Shown here one piece after another: positions 24,701 to 39,700 of a DNA stretch of 64,000 nucleotides (position 1 is its first letter; every line of letters starts with the position of its first letter). The stretch spans positions 1,302,001 through 1,366,000 of the forward strand of contig LSRY02000014.1 of NCBI GenBank assembly GCA_001643675.2, in the 5' to 3' direction. Made by a program: the position numbers and the translations under genes. This DNA is from Monocercomonoides exilis PA203 (Eukaryota; Protista; Preaxostyla). The notes beneath the pieces are model-generated. The model did no database searches, was not told the origin of the DNA, and worked only from the letters and a program-made list of their open reading frames with translations.

Positions 24701-27700
24701 CTGGATGCAGCCTTCACCTCGCTTGTCTCTTCCTCTTCATCTCCTTCCTCGTTTCTGTCTCCTTCCTCTTCCTCTTCCTTTGCAGCTCTATCGCCCACAT
24801 CACTGGCGCTCCCTTCACCACCACACCTGTCACCTCAGCCTTGCATCCCCCGCCCTTTCTCTTCTGTCATGTCGCACAGAGTGCCTATTGTCCCTCCTCT
24901 GCCTCTGGCTGTGCACAAGATGCAGTACTACTCCCTCTTTGACTCACTCGCCGGCATCATCCCTTATCTTGCACACTACGCCCCTTCTGCAACTCTCCCA
25001 ATCCTCACATCACCTGGCTTCATCCGTCTTATCCTCCACAAACACGCTCCAATTGCAGTGACAGCCTCACTCGCACTGCAAAGGGCAATGACGCTGCTTC
25101 CGAACTGCCGAGCATCCATCGTGTTTGCGATGATCGACGAAATTCAGCACTTGCCAGACACACTCAGCTATTTATATCAGTCAGATCTTTCAGCCTCGTC
25201 TTCATCTTCTGGAGGCTCCTTCTTCTCCAAAAAGAAAGGCAAATCTGTTGTCAATGAGAGCGAATCACAAGCTTCTAACCAAACCTCCTCTGCAGCCGTC
25301 TCATCCTCACGTGTAGGCCACTACTCACTCTGTTCCTGGAACTACTGGCTCGACCCGTTCAACCAGATGACAATCAAACCAGGCGGGACAGAAGCAGAAC
25401 ACAGAGGGAAAAGCATTCGCGACAAGATGCTGATAAGAGGCAAAGAGACGGACCATCCACTGAACAGCTCAGACAGAGGAAGCTCAGTCATCCAAGCGTC
25501 GATTCAGCCGGGAGCAGCATCAATGCGCTTCCTCCACTCGAACGAGCACGCCGTGCTGGTGATGGTCGCCCAGCTGCTTCTGCTGCTGCAGCAGTGGGAC
25601 CGCTCGCTTATTGCTGAGCTGGCTGCACTGAATGCGAGGCTCTCTGTCACTTTGTCTGTGCCCAATGTATCTCCTCTCTCTCGCACCATCCAAGAGACCA
25701 TGGACAGAGCTAGTCAACAGGGTGATGGAATGTACCAGACTGCTGCTCCCATCACTGTTGATCAGACTGTTTCGACTCTTTCACACTCAGGCTTTGGGTT
25801 TTCGGTTGTCGCATCTGATGCTTCCACTCCGCTGAGCGGGATCAGCATCACGTCGCGTGCACACATTGTGGCTCTGCTGCAGCTGCTGCAGGCGGTTGAT
25901 GGTGTTGCCCTGTTTCTCTTGGGCCATGCTTCTCCATCTGCACGTGCTGTTCTCTTGCGTTTGATCAGACAAACACATCTTCTGCAGGAAAGCGCGATTT
26001 CTCTCTATGCAACAGCCAAACACGCACACATTATCCATCTTCAGAGACGTATTGAACTCTGCCAGAAGGAGCTTACAGCTGTCAGAGGGTTCATGAATGC
26101 AGCAGGCAAGAAGCAGAGCAACGTGCCTGCATATCAGTCGAGCATGCAACGGAAGAACACAGCACTCAACAAGAAACAACTGGCACAGATGCAACAGCAA
26201 CAGCAGGAGCCAGCGAAGAAAGAGCACCGAATGGACAGACCGTTCCGCCTGCTTCTGTCACACTTGAAGCAGATGCTGCTGAAGGAGACGAACCAAAGTC
26301 TGCCAGTTGTTGTGCACCCGACTCTCTATGACGTCATTAGTGGGCAGCGTTCTGAGCCGTTCACTCTGAACAACAACTTCTTCACTGGAGACGAGCGGTG
26401 GGTGCCTGGCTCTTCGTCACGCTTAGCGAATCCAGCATCGCTTGCACAAGTGCCAACAGTTTCGAGTGATGTTGTCATCGGAGACAAGACAGCTCCTTCG
26501 TCAAAGAGCATCACTGCCAGCATTCAGGCATCAAACCCACCACTTGCATCAACTGGATCGTACAAGCGCTATTCGCAGAACACACCAGCTGCATTCCTTT
26601 CTCGCCCTCGTGCGCTTCTTCCTCCATCACTGGGTGATGCCCCACAGTCGCTTTCGCTCTCAGCTGTTTTGTACGGAGGACGACCCGTGACAGAGCAGAC
26701 AATGAACATTGAGCAGTTCTCGGGAACTTACATCCCTCGTCCTCTTTCAATGGGAGGAAATGCAATGAGCTCCATTGGCAGGAGAGGCGCAGGAATGATG
26801 GGATCTGGTGGTGGAGGGCAGTCAATGATATCTCTGTTTGGTGCAGCGACCTCACCACCTGCCATCTGCTTCACACCACAGACAGTCAGATGGCTGTCGT
26901 TGTTAGCAGCTCGCCGTGCAGCTGCAAAGAGCTCATCTCCATCGGCTGGTTCAACATGGGTGCTTCTGCTGCCTTCCTTGCGTGCTCCAAGCAGCCCTGG
27001 GCAGCTTGTACCTGAAGAGCCGCTGGACGATTTTGAGCAGTGGATTGCAATGGCCATCACATCTTCTAGCAAAAAACGCTCACCAGACAAGATCCGCCGT
27101 GATGTTGCACAGATGTTCCATTCATCCGACAGCGCTAATTCTCCGCTCAGCACTTCTCCATTCGCATTGATCAGAGCTCTGAGGGCGGCACAGGAAAAGC
27201 CGCTGAAAGGGCTTGGACGGAAGATTGTGGCAAGCGCATTCCGTTCTCTGAACCAGACAGTGTCTGCCACACCCGATACATCTGGTCTGAACAGCGGGAA
27301 TCCAAACGGAGACGACAAGCCGCTTTCACTGATACCTGCACTGGGATCGTTTATCACCGCAGCAACAGGTGTTGGAGACAAAGGAAAAGACGGAGACAAG
27401 AAAGACGGAGACGAAAACGAAGCATTGGCAGTGAGTGGCTCAATGGGTGGAGTTGGAGATGGAGCAGGAGATGGAGGAGAACAGGAAAAGAAGAAGAAAG
27501 AATCATCACCATTTGAGCCTGTTGTGACAACTCCATCAATCCTTTGGATTGTTGCTGTGCTGGCTGGGATGGATACGTTTATGGGTGAAGCAGATTTCGG
27601 AACAGATTACAATGAAAGCGAAGAAGAAAGAGATTTGCGAGACAAAGAAATGCACAAATACAACAATGTTGCCCTGGTGAATGCTGGTCTGCAAGCTGGA

Positions 27701-30700
27701 AAGACGCTGGAGGAGGCAAAGAGAGCTGTTGTTGTGAGTGATGAAGAACCAGGAGAAGGAGACAAGAAGAAAGGAGGACGCACAAAGGATGATGCTGTTC
27801 GTATTGGTGGTGATTTGGGGAAGAAAGAAAGCGGATGGCGAAGGTTTGTGCGGTGGCTGTTTGGCGAAAAGGGAAACAAGATTCTTCAGCTTGGAAAGAA
27901 AGAAGAGAAGCAGTTCAATCATTTGCTTCCACTGGAGCGTTATTCATCTCTTCATCTATCGTCACTCGCTGACATATTCACCAACAAGCACTCACTGGAG
28001 ACGCTGTGGTCGGCCGTGCTGTCAGAGATTGACCAGCAAGTGAGCGTCTGTGGATCGCGTGCCACGCTGCGTGCATACCACAAGGCAGCTGCTATTTATA
28101 CACGGCACATCACTCGTGTTCCAGAGGACTATTCGGCTGCTGTGAAACTTGACTCTGCATTTGAGGTGGGAATGCGCTCGATGGTTGGAAACACACTGAT
28201 TGGCACGCTCACCCTCGGACCAGTGACGTCTGCAGATATTGTAAAGCTCTCTTGGAACAGAGATGCGAATAAAGCGCTTCTGACACATGCGCCACCTGCT
28301 GTCAGAAGGAAAGAGATGAACAGCTGGCGATCTTCGAGACATGCTGCTTCTTCTCCACAGGAACAACAATCATCGTCTTCTTCTTCATCTGAGCCAACAG
28401 AAGTTGAAGTTCGATCAGATGAAGGAATCGACAACGAAATGCCATTTGGCGAGTTTGAATGGACGAGGCATCCGCGCTATCCATTCACACCTGCTTTTGC
28501 GACAACCTCATTTGCGCAGTCTGCTGTGAGTGTGGATGACAATGGCTATTCTTCAATTGCACTGGAGCGGTTCTCCACAAAGTATTTCAATTCTTATGTA
28601 CCCAATGTGTTCTTTGCACTGTGTTCTCAAATCCTGTCATTCCAATATGCAGCATCGTTGGCACTGTCTCATGCTCATCCGCATCTTCACCTACCCATTT
28701 TGACTCAATTTGAACAGTGGGTGAGCACATACTTCCCACAAACAAAGAAGGACGAATCTCTTCAACAGGCAGATGCAAAGGGAGGAGCAGACATCACAAA
28801 GGATGCTGCATCTAATGCTAAAAGCCACTTGAGATTTGTTCAGTTTGCAATTGTTGAAGATCTCATTCCGCGTGTGTTGCGTCTTGTGGCTATCAACGAC
28901 TCATTCACTCTGTCTCTTTCACTCACACCTGCTCCATTGATGAGGTATTATCTGTCATTGTGTGCAGCTGTGATCAACCACCCACTTCTGCGAGGCTCCG
29001 TTCCTCGTAAGACCGCCTTTGGCAATGTGCTTGTTCCTCAGCGGGTACGTCTGGCATATCGAAGAGAACTGGGGAAACTGCAGAGAATGAAAATCGGAGC
29101 AAATGAAGGAGTGGATGAGGATGATTATGTGGCTGTGGATGCGAAGGATGCTGCGAAATACAGAAGGCAGCAAAGACGAGCGGGTGTTGTTATTCGGAAG
29201 ATGCAGATCTCGAAGAAAGGGAAGATGGATGCAGAGATGATGGATATGTCTGATGCCGAAGAGGACATATACGAGAACGATTCAGAAGACAGCGGAGAAA
29301 ACGACGAGGACGCGAGCGATGAAGAGCTGACTGAAAGTGAATATGGAGCAGATTTGGAAGAAATGGATGCGTACGCCAGAGGAGCAGCAGATCCAGATGG
29401 CATTCTTCTGGCTGAGAAGGACCAAGTCAAGCGAAAGGGCAAAGAGAAAGAAGGAGGAAAAAGCGAGCTTCCAATTGCAGCACTTCTTGACAGTTCAGAA
29501 GATGGGAAGAAGGATACACCTGCGAATTCGCTGCCATTCCTGGGTCCGTTTTCTCAGTCCCTGTTTGCTGGAAAGGGAATGCTTGTGTCGATATTCCCTC
29601 AATATGCTACAACTGACGAAGGAATGGTGGATCTGGCGAATGCCGTTGACTTCTTCCTGAATGCACAATCTGCAGCACCAAGCCAGAAGAAAGCAGGAGC
29701 AGCAGGTGGAAGCCAGTCAGCAATGCTTTTGTCTTCCATTGCGAATCTGTTCGGCCTGATTGGCTATCCAGCAAATCCACTGTGGTTTGTTGTGCGTGCG
29801 TCTGAGTCAATTGCTGCATTGGCTGCACTTGCACGAGCACTCACAACTGCGTTCATTCCGCCAAACAGCCTCAGACTCCACCCGCCTCGCCCAGTTGTTG
29901 CGACAGCAGAGACGTTGAATGAGTACACGGTTGCTTGCGGAATGATCCCATCTTTGTTCATGTTCCAAACAGATGTAGCAGATGCTCTATCGACTCAGCT
30001 CAGTGCATTGTCTGTGTTCCCGTTTGCATCCACAGGCAGCAGCGTTTCATCAGTGTCAGATCCAGAGGAAGATGCTACTGAGTCGAGCACTGCACCTTCA
30101 CTGTATGCGCCAGATGCTTTCCCAAATCCAATCCACATCTCCACTCTCTTCTCTCTTTACTCCTCACTCCTCCAGCGCTGGCTGTGGCGTGTGAACACGG
30201 CTGTTTCAGGCGATCTCTTTGGCCATCCTCTGTCTGCTTTAACACTTTCAGTTGATCCTCAGACACTCCGTGGTGCTTCTGCTGCTTTGGCTGACTATCT
30301 GATCGTTTCAGCCACAGGAGCTGAGCCGCGTGCGCTGCGCAGTGCAACTGTGGAAGGCGTTGCACAGGCCATTGCAGACACTGTTTCCACTGAGCCTTGT
30401 GTGATCAACACGGCAAATGCTTCGTTCAAGGCATATGCACCAAAAGGGTTGCCTGTGCTTCCAGCATCGACTGATGCTCTTTCCTTTGAGAATCCTTATT
30501 CATCGTCGTATTCTGTCTTCTCCACGTCTTCCTCTGCTGCGTCTTCTGTGTATTCCACCACTGAGCAGCTGAGAAGGAAGCTTCCAACAGAAGAGTCACC
30601 AGGGCAAGAACTGTTTGATGACTTAATCCTGATGAGAGATCCACTGGAAGATGCGACGTTGCCTTCATCCACACCACTGACAGTATCAGCTTTATCATCT

Positions 30701-33700
30701 CCTTCTCTTAGAAAAGTATCGTCTTCACCCATTTATCTACTGCCAACTACATCCACATTTGCAGCAAGCGCTCCAGTTCACGCTGACGCTGATGATCTGA
30801 AGCAGAAGAGGCCAATTCCACCACTTCCCGCAATATGCACCATCGACATTCACTCACATCTTGATGCCCTGCCACCAGCTGCCCATTCACGCGGTATGCT
30901 CCATGCTTTACTCCTTTGGCCACCTGCAGCTCGTCTGGAACTTCTGCGGTTAACACTCAACTTCGCAGCACATGGAGACTTTGCAGTGCCAATGCAGATA
31001 CTCACAAGGAGATCTGCCAGACGTCTGCTTTCGCACATTCAGAAGAGATATCCCGACTTTGTGAGGCAGTTCATGCACGAAGAGAAGAAAAAACGAGACA
31101 AAGAGCTCGAGAAGGACAAGATAGGAGGTGATCGCGACAAAGATGACGATGACAAGAAGAAAGGGAAGAAGAAAGACGGAGAGCAGAGCCTGTGGGCTAA
31201 AAGCGGAGGAGCGCGCGGAAGGCCGAGGAAGAACGAGCAGATGACGTGGCTGCGCCGCCCAATCGTGACTGTTGCCACAGTCGTTGACTCCTTCTGGCAT
31301 TGGATGTTTGCACTTTCAGGCAATGCACACTCGGCTGTCTCGTCGCTGCTGCGCTTGTTTGACCCACGCCTGCCTCATATCATTGCAGCGAACCATCTGA
31401 AGCCGTCGACACTGGCAGTGGATGCAAAGAGAGGCGTGCAGAAAAAGAACTTGAAATGGCTGATGGTGAAGGAGAAGAAGAAGATTTCTGTGCCATCATC
31501 GTCATCTTCTTCCTCATCATCATCTTCTTCTTCTTCCTCATCTTCATCATCCAAAGATGCATTGGATCCAAACTTCCCGTCAGGCATCATCCATCCATAC
31601 ACATTCCCTCCTGTCATTGCGGAGCCCATTGGCGATAACGCCTGGCACATTGACCAGCCGATGCTGCTTCGCGAGCTGCGAAAGGAAAGAGTGAAGTACA
31701 AAGTGTTTATCAACAAGCACCCGGAGATTCTGACTGAAATGGTCACTTCTTCTGCTTCTTTGACGACTTCTGCTGGAATGAAGGCAAAAACGAAGACGAC
31801 TGCAGTCACACGCACACAAACTGCACAAGGTGGAGCACGAGGAAGAGCAGGGCAAGTGAAAGATGAGGAGCTGGTGTGCACATTTGAGATCTCTGACATC
31901 CCCACAAAAGAGCTGATTGTGGGTAAAGAGCCATTGCTTCCAGCTATTTATGCAGAAATCGAGAAGGAGATGCTGGTGGAAGGCGCGCAGATGAACAAAA
32001 ACGGAAGATTGAGAAGCAAAATAGCACGAGGAAATCTTTCAAAGGGAGCATCATCTGCAAAGGGAGGCAAAGATGGAGAAGGGAAAAAGGGCAAAGAGAA
32101 AGGCAAAGGCAAAGGAAAAGGCAAAAACAAGGAATCAAAAGCAGACAAGTCATCAGCATCAACAAAAGCGCTGCCGCCGCCACCGCCTCCGCCTGGCTTT
32201 GCTGCAAACAACATGATGGCTGTCGTGGCTGCCTCAAAGAAATCATACAAGACATCACGTTTCGATGCATCACAACCGCCTTTCTTGTCTCTTCTGATTT
32301 CTGATCGCTCTTTGTCGTTCTTTGTATTTGCTGAGGATTCTCAAAGAGCAGTCTCTCGCAATCGTTCTTACTGCGGTGCTGCTCTGCCACCTGCTCCGCG
32401 CTACTCATACACTGCTGTTGATCTCCCATCTCTTGTGGCGCCTTCCCCTGTTGCATCGAGTCTGGCTGTGGCTGCTGATTATGCTGACTCCTCTGCGCCT
32501 CTCTCGCGGCATCGCACTTACGCACCTGCGTTCTTCCACTCCACAAAGCAGAGCTTGGCTGGCTTTTCGTTCTCGTTTGCTGCGTCTTCTTCACTCAAAA
32601 GCGAGCCTTTCTTAGCGCTGTTGCTCAGCTTCTATCCACAAGTGCTGCTGCCAAAGATGCTGAACAAGGCATTTTCTGAAGACTTCCCCATCGGCCCGCT
32701 GTTCCGCATCCACTTGCTGCGTTATCTGTCATCTTCTGACTGGGATCCAGAGTCATTTGTGTCTTCTTCATCTTCCACAACTTCTTCTGGTGCATCATCT
32801 ATTCCACCTCGTGTCTCCTCCACATTCTCAAACGAAGTGCCCACACTCGAATCAATGACTCCTCAGGAAAGAGAGAGAACTCTGCATTTCTCTGCTGTTG
32901 TGTGCTTTGCATTGTCACATCTGATGTCGTCACTTCCAACTGTCCGTGCAGCGTCTGTTGAAATCCTCAGAAAAGTGCTGCGTTTCAAGCTTTCTGAGAT
33001 TGAGCACGAAGAACTGATGATCAGAGAAGGAAAAATGAACATTGCAACAAGCGGATCTGCATCTGATCTGTCTCTTGCACAGGATGCGCAACAGCAATCT
33101 CAAACATCTGCTTCATCATCATCTTCTTCTTCTTCATCCTCATCGTCTGCACAATCAGGAACAACGAAGGATTCGGCACCTGCATACAACGGCCCCAACT
33201 TTGCACAGAAATGCTCATCACTTCTTTTGGCACTTTCATTGCTTCATCACCACACGCCAGGTCTTTTGAATGCATCGTCTGTAGAAGCTCTCTTCCAATC
33301 AGGCGCTGCCATCTCTGACTCTGTCTTCCGCGCACTGCCCACTCTTCTGCTGCCTGTTGTCCAGTGGGCTTACCTGAACTTAGACAAACTGGCATTGTTT
33401 ATTCCAACACCATCACCAACTTCTCTTCATCTGTCAACAGAGCTTGTTCCATACTCAATGACATCACACCAGCTGAACGGCAGAACAATCTCGCTCTCAA
33501 CTTCTGTGCCGTCTGCATTCACTTACTCCACAACAAACGATGCAGTGTGGGCGCTGCGTCCGCTTCTTCTGGGAGAAGCAGAGAGCGAAGAGCTGAGCAA
33601 CCGCATTGCGCTGAGGCTGCTGGAAACAGACACACCGTTTGCAACATCACAATCATTACTCAGGACAATAGCGCCATGGGCAGAGCATGCTGATCTGTTG

Positions 33701-36700
33701 CATGCCAGCCAGTCACAGCGGGAGCAGTTCCTGGGCATTCTGCTGGCGATGGTGCAGATGTGGCTGAAAGGGAAGCATGTTGTGCTGAAGAGGCATATGC
33801 ACAAGGGATCTGGTGTGGCAAGCAGAGTGACGAGTGCTGGTGGGCAGATTGGAGAGAAAGCGACTGCGGCTATTCTTCCGTTTGACAGAGAAGTTGGAGA
33901 CAGAGGAAGGCTGAGACGAAAGGAGAAAGCGAAGACAAGAAAGCAAAGCAGCATGCTCAAGAGGAAAGAAGGAGACGAGTCAGAAACAGACGATGATGAC
34001 ATGTTTGGCCCGGATGCAGAAGACAAACGTATTCAGACAGAAGTACTGCAGCTGTCAGATGCTCTTCAGAACAACATTTCTTCTCTTGTTGCCGGCGGCT
34101 CGTCTGTCGGAGGAGGACAAGGAGGACACATCTCCTCTTCAACTGTGTCGCTTCTTGGAGCACTTGTTGGATTCACCTCGAAGATGGTTGCTCGTCCACT
34201 AACTTCTTTGCCTGCACTGCCTTCGTTGGCTGTGGGTGCAGATGCTGATAGCGATTCATTGCTTTCATCATCTTTGGCACTTTGGGAGCGTCTTGCGCTT
34301 TCTCGTTCTTCTCTTTCGGACGATTCATCGTCTTCTCCACAGCAAGGAGGTGCTCCCGTGAGTGGATCGCAGCTTGTTGGAGGGAAAATCGGAGGAGGAA
34401 ATATTTTGGCTGGATTAACTCCTGCTGCAGCAGCTGCTTCGTCTGCAGCTTCTTCCTCAGCATCATCTTCTTCTTCGATGGGAGGAAATGCACCGGGCAG
34501 CAACACGTCTGCTCTTGTCGCAAAGGCCTCGAATCCATTTGCGGTACCTGCAATGCCTCTTCCTTCGCTCTCACTAACATCAAGCTTACAAGCTGGCTCC
34601 AATAAAGCTACAGCATCATCTCTGCTTCTGAGCAACAATCCACCACCGAACCTCACATTGGTTGTCCGTTTTGTACTGTCATCTGCTTTCCTGCGTCGCG
34701 ATTCAATTGTGTCTGCATTCCTGATCACCCGCGGGCTTATCCGGTCTCATTCAGTGACTGTGCTGAATGATCTGTGCCTTCTTTTGACACCCACAGCATG
34801 GAAAGCACTCCAAGGAGTAAATCGTGCGACTCTTCTGGAGATGAAGAAGAGACACCGCACTGAGCAGCAGTTCAACAACGAGGCACTTGCGATCTCTGCA
34901 GCGACAGGTGGCAAGCAGAGAAGAGGGCTTGGCCACGGCAGAACCAACAGCTTTGCTGGCGGAAGCCCAGGGAAGGGATCAATGCATCAGATATCAGCAA
35001 CACTGGCAAGTGCAGCCACACCAGCACTGGCAGCGCTGTCTGAAAGAGACAGAGCGAACATTGTTGCAGCTGCAAGCTCAGCTGTATCACACACAGCACT
35101 TCTGAAGAGGCAGAAGCAAGAAATGAAACAAGTGCAGTCTCAGCTGATGAGCCAGTCGAGACAAGCTGCTCTGGCAAGAGTTGTGGCTGCGCATATTCTG
35201 GGTGCCCATGCAAGATCGGATCCGTCGAGTGTGGAAGCATATTTGCCAGTTCTCCTTGCATTTGCAGTTGTTCATGCAGCCACACCGCATGCTGTGTTGT
35301 CGTCATCTACATATTCTTCACCAGCAGCTGGTTGCTCTGCCTCAGGAGACAATGGAGAGGACATCTCAATGAGCGTGTTTGCGAATGTTACCGAGCTTCA
35401 GGCACAGGAGAAGATGGAGCGGTGCAGCCAGATGGCATCTGGAGGCTCTTCAAGAAAAGGTCCATTCCAGCCGAAGAACACAACGAATGGAATGACAGCA
35501 AGTGTTGATGTGGCGATGCAGACATTCCTGATGCGTATCTTGGAGACTCTTCTTGTTGTGAGATACCAGCAAACACCGCCTGCAGAGCCTGCAGCTGACG
35601 AAGTAGCTAAACAGGCCGTGGCAGCAAGTGTGACGGCAACGGATCCGCTTTTGATGGAACCACCACCGCCGCCTCCTCCACCAGCACCAGAAGAAGAAAC
35701 AAAGAAGAGTGATTCAGAGAAAGGCGCAGATGATAAGAAGTCTACAGAAGTCACACAACAGGCACAGATTCCGCCAACATCAGAACAGTCTAACGAGCAA
35801 TCATCACACACACCAACACTTCTGCCACCATTCTCACCAATGGTGGATAAGAAGAAAACAGAGCAAGCCAATTCTCCTTCACTTAATGACAAATCTACAG
35901 AATCACGTTCTCGATTCTCTGATTATTACCCGAGCAAGCTTGGAGTGGCAGAGACGATGGCACGGGAGAATCTGTCGCATCTTGTGGAGAAGTATTCGCA
36001 CGCAACAACATTCTCTGGCTCTTCCTATGCATCCACACATTCCGCTGTCCAGGTATCGTCTTCGTTTGACCCTTCAGTGTTTCCAATCAATTGGGACTGG
36101 CAGGATGAGCTGCTGTCAGAGCACTGCCTGAACCCAGACTCTGTCCAGATGATCAAAAACAAGAATCTGAAGATCCGGACAAAGGGTCCTTTCAACCAGA
36201 GCGACGAGCTGGCGCCGGAGAGCCAGGACGGCAACATTGGAGAAGAAGGAGACATTCGTTTCATTGAAGTGAAAGTGGATCCACGTGTGAGCGACGATTC
36301 GTCTCTGTTTGGAGCAACGATGGAGAGCAAGAAAGTGGAGAGTGATTCAGACGATGACTCGGATGATGATTCAGACAGCGATTCTGATGACAGTGCTGAT
36401 GATGAGAAACTCAATGAGGATGAGCTAAAGAAGAAGCGGGCGAAGAGGAAGGAGAAACAGGAGATAAAGAAAAACAAGAAAGAGGAGAAGAAGAAGGAGA
36501 AATTAAGAAGGAAAGAAGAAAAGAAGAGGAAGCGAAGAGGAATGATGATGCAAAAGTTGATCAGCACTCGCAGGTGGAACTTCGAGAACGTAGACGATTT
36601 GGATGTAGACGATGATGACGAGTGGAATGGCATGAACACAACACCATCAGCTGCTTTGTCACTGAAAAAACAGTCACAGAATGTCCAGTCAGCAACAGCA

Positions 36701-39700
36701 ACCAACCAGAACACACCCGAAACATCAGACGGACTTTATTCCTCAGAGTCTGCAATCGGCGCAATGTCTCTTCCGGCATTCATCCATCACATTGTGCACA
36801 TCCTTCTCTTCCTCTCTCCTGTTGCTCTGCACACATTTACTAGACGCATTGCCCAGTGGGCGATGACCGCAGACTCGATAACATCAACCATCGCTGCTGT
36901 GCAGGTGTACCGCGCTCTGATTGTCTCTCTCTCTCGTCTGGCAATGCTGTATCCTTCTCTCCTGTGCTTCAACGACTTCTTGCTGCCTTCATTGCAACAG
37001 CAGGCTGCATCTGCCTCATCTTCGGCTCATCATGCCTCGTCTGTTGCCTCCACACCAGAAGTGATGGAGAACCCTTCACTGATCGACAACAAGCACACAA
37101 ACGTCGATACAGTCGCATTGTGCACTTCGCCAGCCTCACAGACGCTCATCCAGAGAATGCACCAGCCCTCGCGCCCGATCCCGTTGATTCTCAGCTCAAC
37201 TTCAATCGAAGGTGATTATCCAAATGTGACAAACCCGTCATCACATTTACTTGTCAATGCAACTCTTTCACTGAATTCGAAGCAAAATGCGCAGCAAAGT
37301 GGAAGCGGAGCAAAGGCAACAGTATCAGCTGTTCCTTCATCAGCAGTTGCCTCTGCTTCTTCAGCGTCTTCAGCAGCATCTTTGCTATCATCTGCTTCAT
37401 CTGCTGCTGTATTGCCTGCATCAAGCTCTTCAATCTCTGCTCTTCCTGCTCCAATGCTTGCAGCTGCCTTAGCCACTCAAAAGGTCCAAAAGGCACAATT
37501 CATCAAAAGCTGCTCAATTCGTGTGGCGTCTCCTATTTCTGCCATTCGCCTATCTGATCTCTCTGCTTTCTTGTCTTTGCTCTCCTCTTCGGCTGCTCTT
37601 CCTGGTGGTTCCCAGTTCCCTCAGGTGCCTCGCATTAACCAGGACCCAAGAGGATCCCTGCTGTCAAAGGCCATTGCCCATCTGCAGGTTGCTCCACAGC
37701 CAAAGAGCTCAGCCATGCAGAATCCAATGGCGCCTCCTCTATTCCCCAAACTGCCATCACTCAACTCGCCCACAACGCTGATGCCGCTCACTTTATCGCT
37801 TACTGCAGAGACTGATCCATCAGTTGTGGAAGCTGATCTGAATATTCCTCCGTTTGCAACACCACTGCCTGCCTGGGCTTCGCCTCATCTCGCTGCCGCG
37901 CTCTTGAGGCTGTTCTCGACAGTGTCTTCATTGGGCATCTTGTCACCGAAGACTAAGAGAACTGCAGGAATAACTGGAAAATCAGCTGCAATGAAAGAAG
38001 AAAACAGAGAAGGAGAAGAAGAAGAAGAAGACCACGTTTTGAGAGACGAAGATGGAAACGAGATTGAAATGGACCGCTTTGGAAACATCATCTGTTCAGT
38101 GGGTGATCGTCCGACGAGCTTCATTCCTTCGCTGATTGTGGAAGAGATAGCACAGACACCCATGCAATTCAGAGGAACTGCTAATGGCAAGCCGTCGCAT
38201 CCACAGGCTGCTTCATCAACGCTGATTGAAGAAGGAAAAGTGATTCAGTCAGAAAAGGAAAGAGTTGGAACGCTTTTGAGAACAGTTCCGGGTTGGGGCG
38301 ATGATCCAACGAAGGTCAGCAAGCAGCTGTCTGCTTCTGCCTCAGCTTCTGCAGTTTCAACAGCACCTACATTGACTGCTGCTCAGAGAACAACTGCAAA
38401 GCCAGAGAATGCAATGGCTGCATCATCACAGGCAGGTTCCTCATCTTCTGCTTCATCGTCTTCATTTTCCTCCTCTTCAGCCTCAGCAAATGCTTCAAGC
38501 TCTTCTTCATCTTCAGACTCGAAGTCATCTGCTGATGCCAGTTCAACCAATGCTATTTCAACCTCAACATTCGATGTTATGCTGAAGCCACAGCCTCTTT
38601 CTGTCTTAACTGAAGCTCTGGACAAGTCTGCCATGCTTGCCCCGTTCCTTATGCTTCCATTTGGCGGAGTGACAAATTCACAGTCAGTTCCTTCATCCAC
38701 ACAGCCAACATTGTGCTCTCCACTCTTCAAAGAGTCACTCGTGTCTATTCAGGACATCCTCCTCCGCTTTGCTCTTAGCTCAGCCACTCTGCAAGTGACA
38801 CGTCATTTGAAGGCAACAACCAAGCCGAATGCTGCTGTCTTGCGTGCATTCAAGCGGAAGAGGAAGATGTTAGCTCAAAACACCAATGAACAAGAAGATA
38901 TCTCAGACTCGTCAGACGAAGAGGGAGAAACTGAGCCATTGGCTATTGCAAACATTGATGTTTCTACAGTCACTGTTACCATTCCACCTGTTCTTCCTTC
39001 CTTCGGCCCGTCTTATTCTGGAAGGATGCTGTGGAGAGCCAGCGCCGCAGACAACAGAGACCCGCTGTCTGTTGAGAGAAAGAAGATCAGCTCAGTTCTG
39101 TTTGCTCCGTTTGACGTGGCGTATCACATGGCGCCTGTGTTTGCACGTGGGTTCAAACGGAGTGCTGATGAAAGCTTACCAGAAATGCCCGAAGGCGAAG
39201 AGAACATGGAAGCCATGTTGCCTCCGATTGAAGACGAGAAATTCACTCCGTCTTCGGTTCTTGTGGATGAAGAGTCCAATGTTCCCACAGATGCAGAGTG
39301 TGAGTTCTTCAATAATCTGTTCATTCCATCGCCACAGGGACACACTGAAGGCACTGTTGAGTGCATGCAGGACTATTGTGCAGCTGCTTTTGTATCTGGT
39401 TCGTCTCCTGCTCAGCTTATGCTCCCACTCCACACCGCTGGTATCGATGCCCACAGGCTGAGGAAAGTGCTGTTTGACATCCGAAGCTCGATGATTGCGT
39501 CTGCCTCTGGTTCTGGTTCAAGTTCTTCGAATTCGTCGATGTCTGCACAGGTGGCCTCGTTTGCTGCGGGTGGAGGGTCTGCTGGACAGCGGCTGTTTAC
39601 TCCGTCGATGCAGACGCTGTCTTCATCTACTGTCTCGTCTGTTATTGTCAGCTCACTTGTGTCAAAGGCAATGGAGATGGCGGTAGAGGCAAAGAAAGAA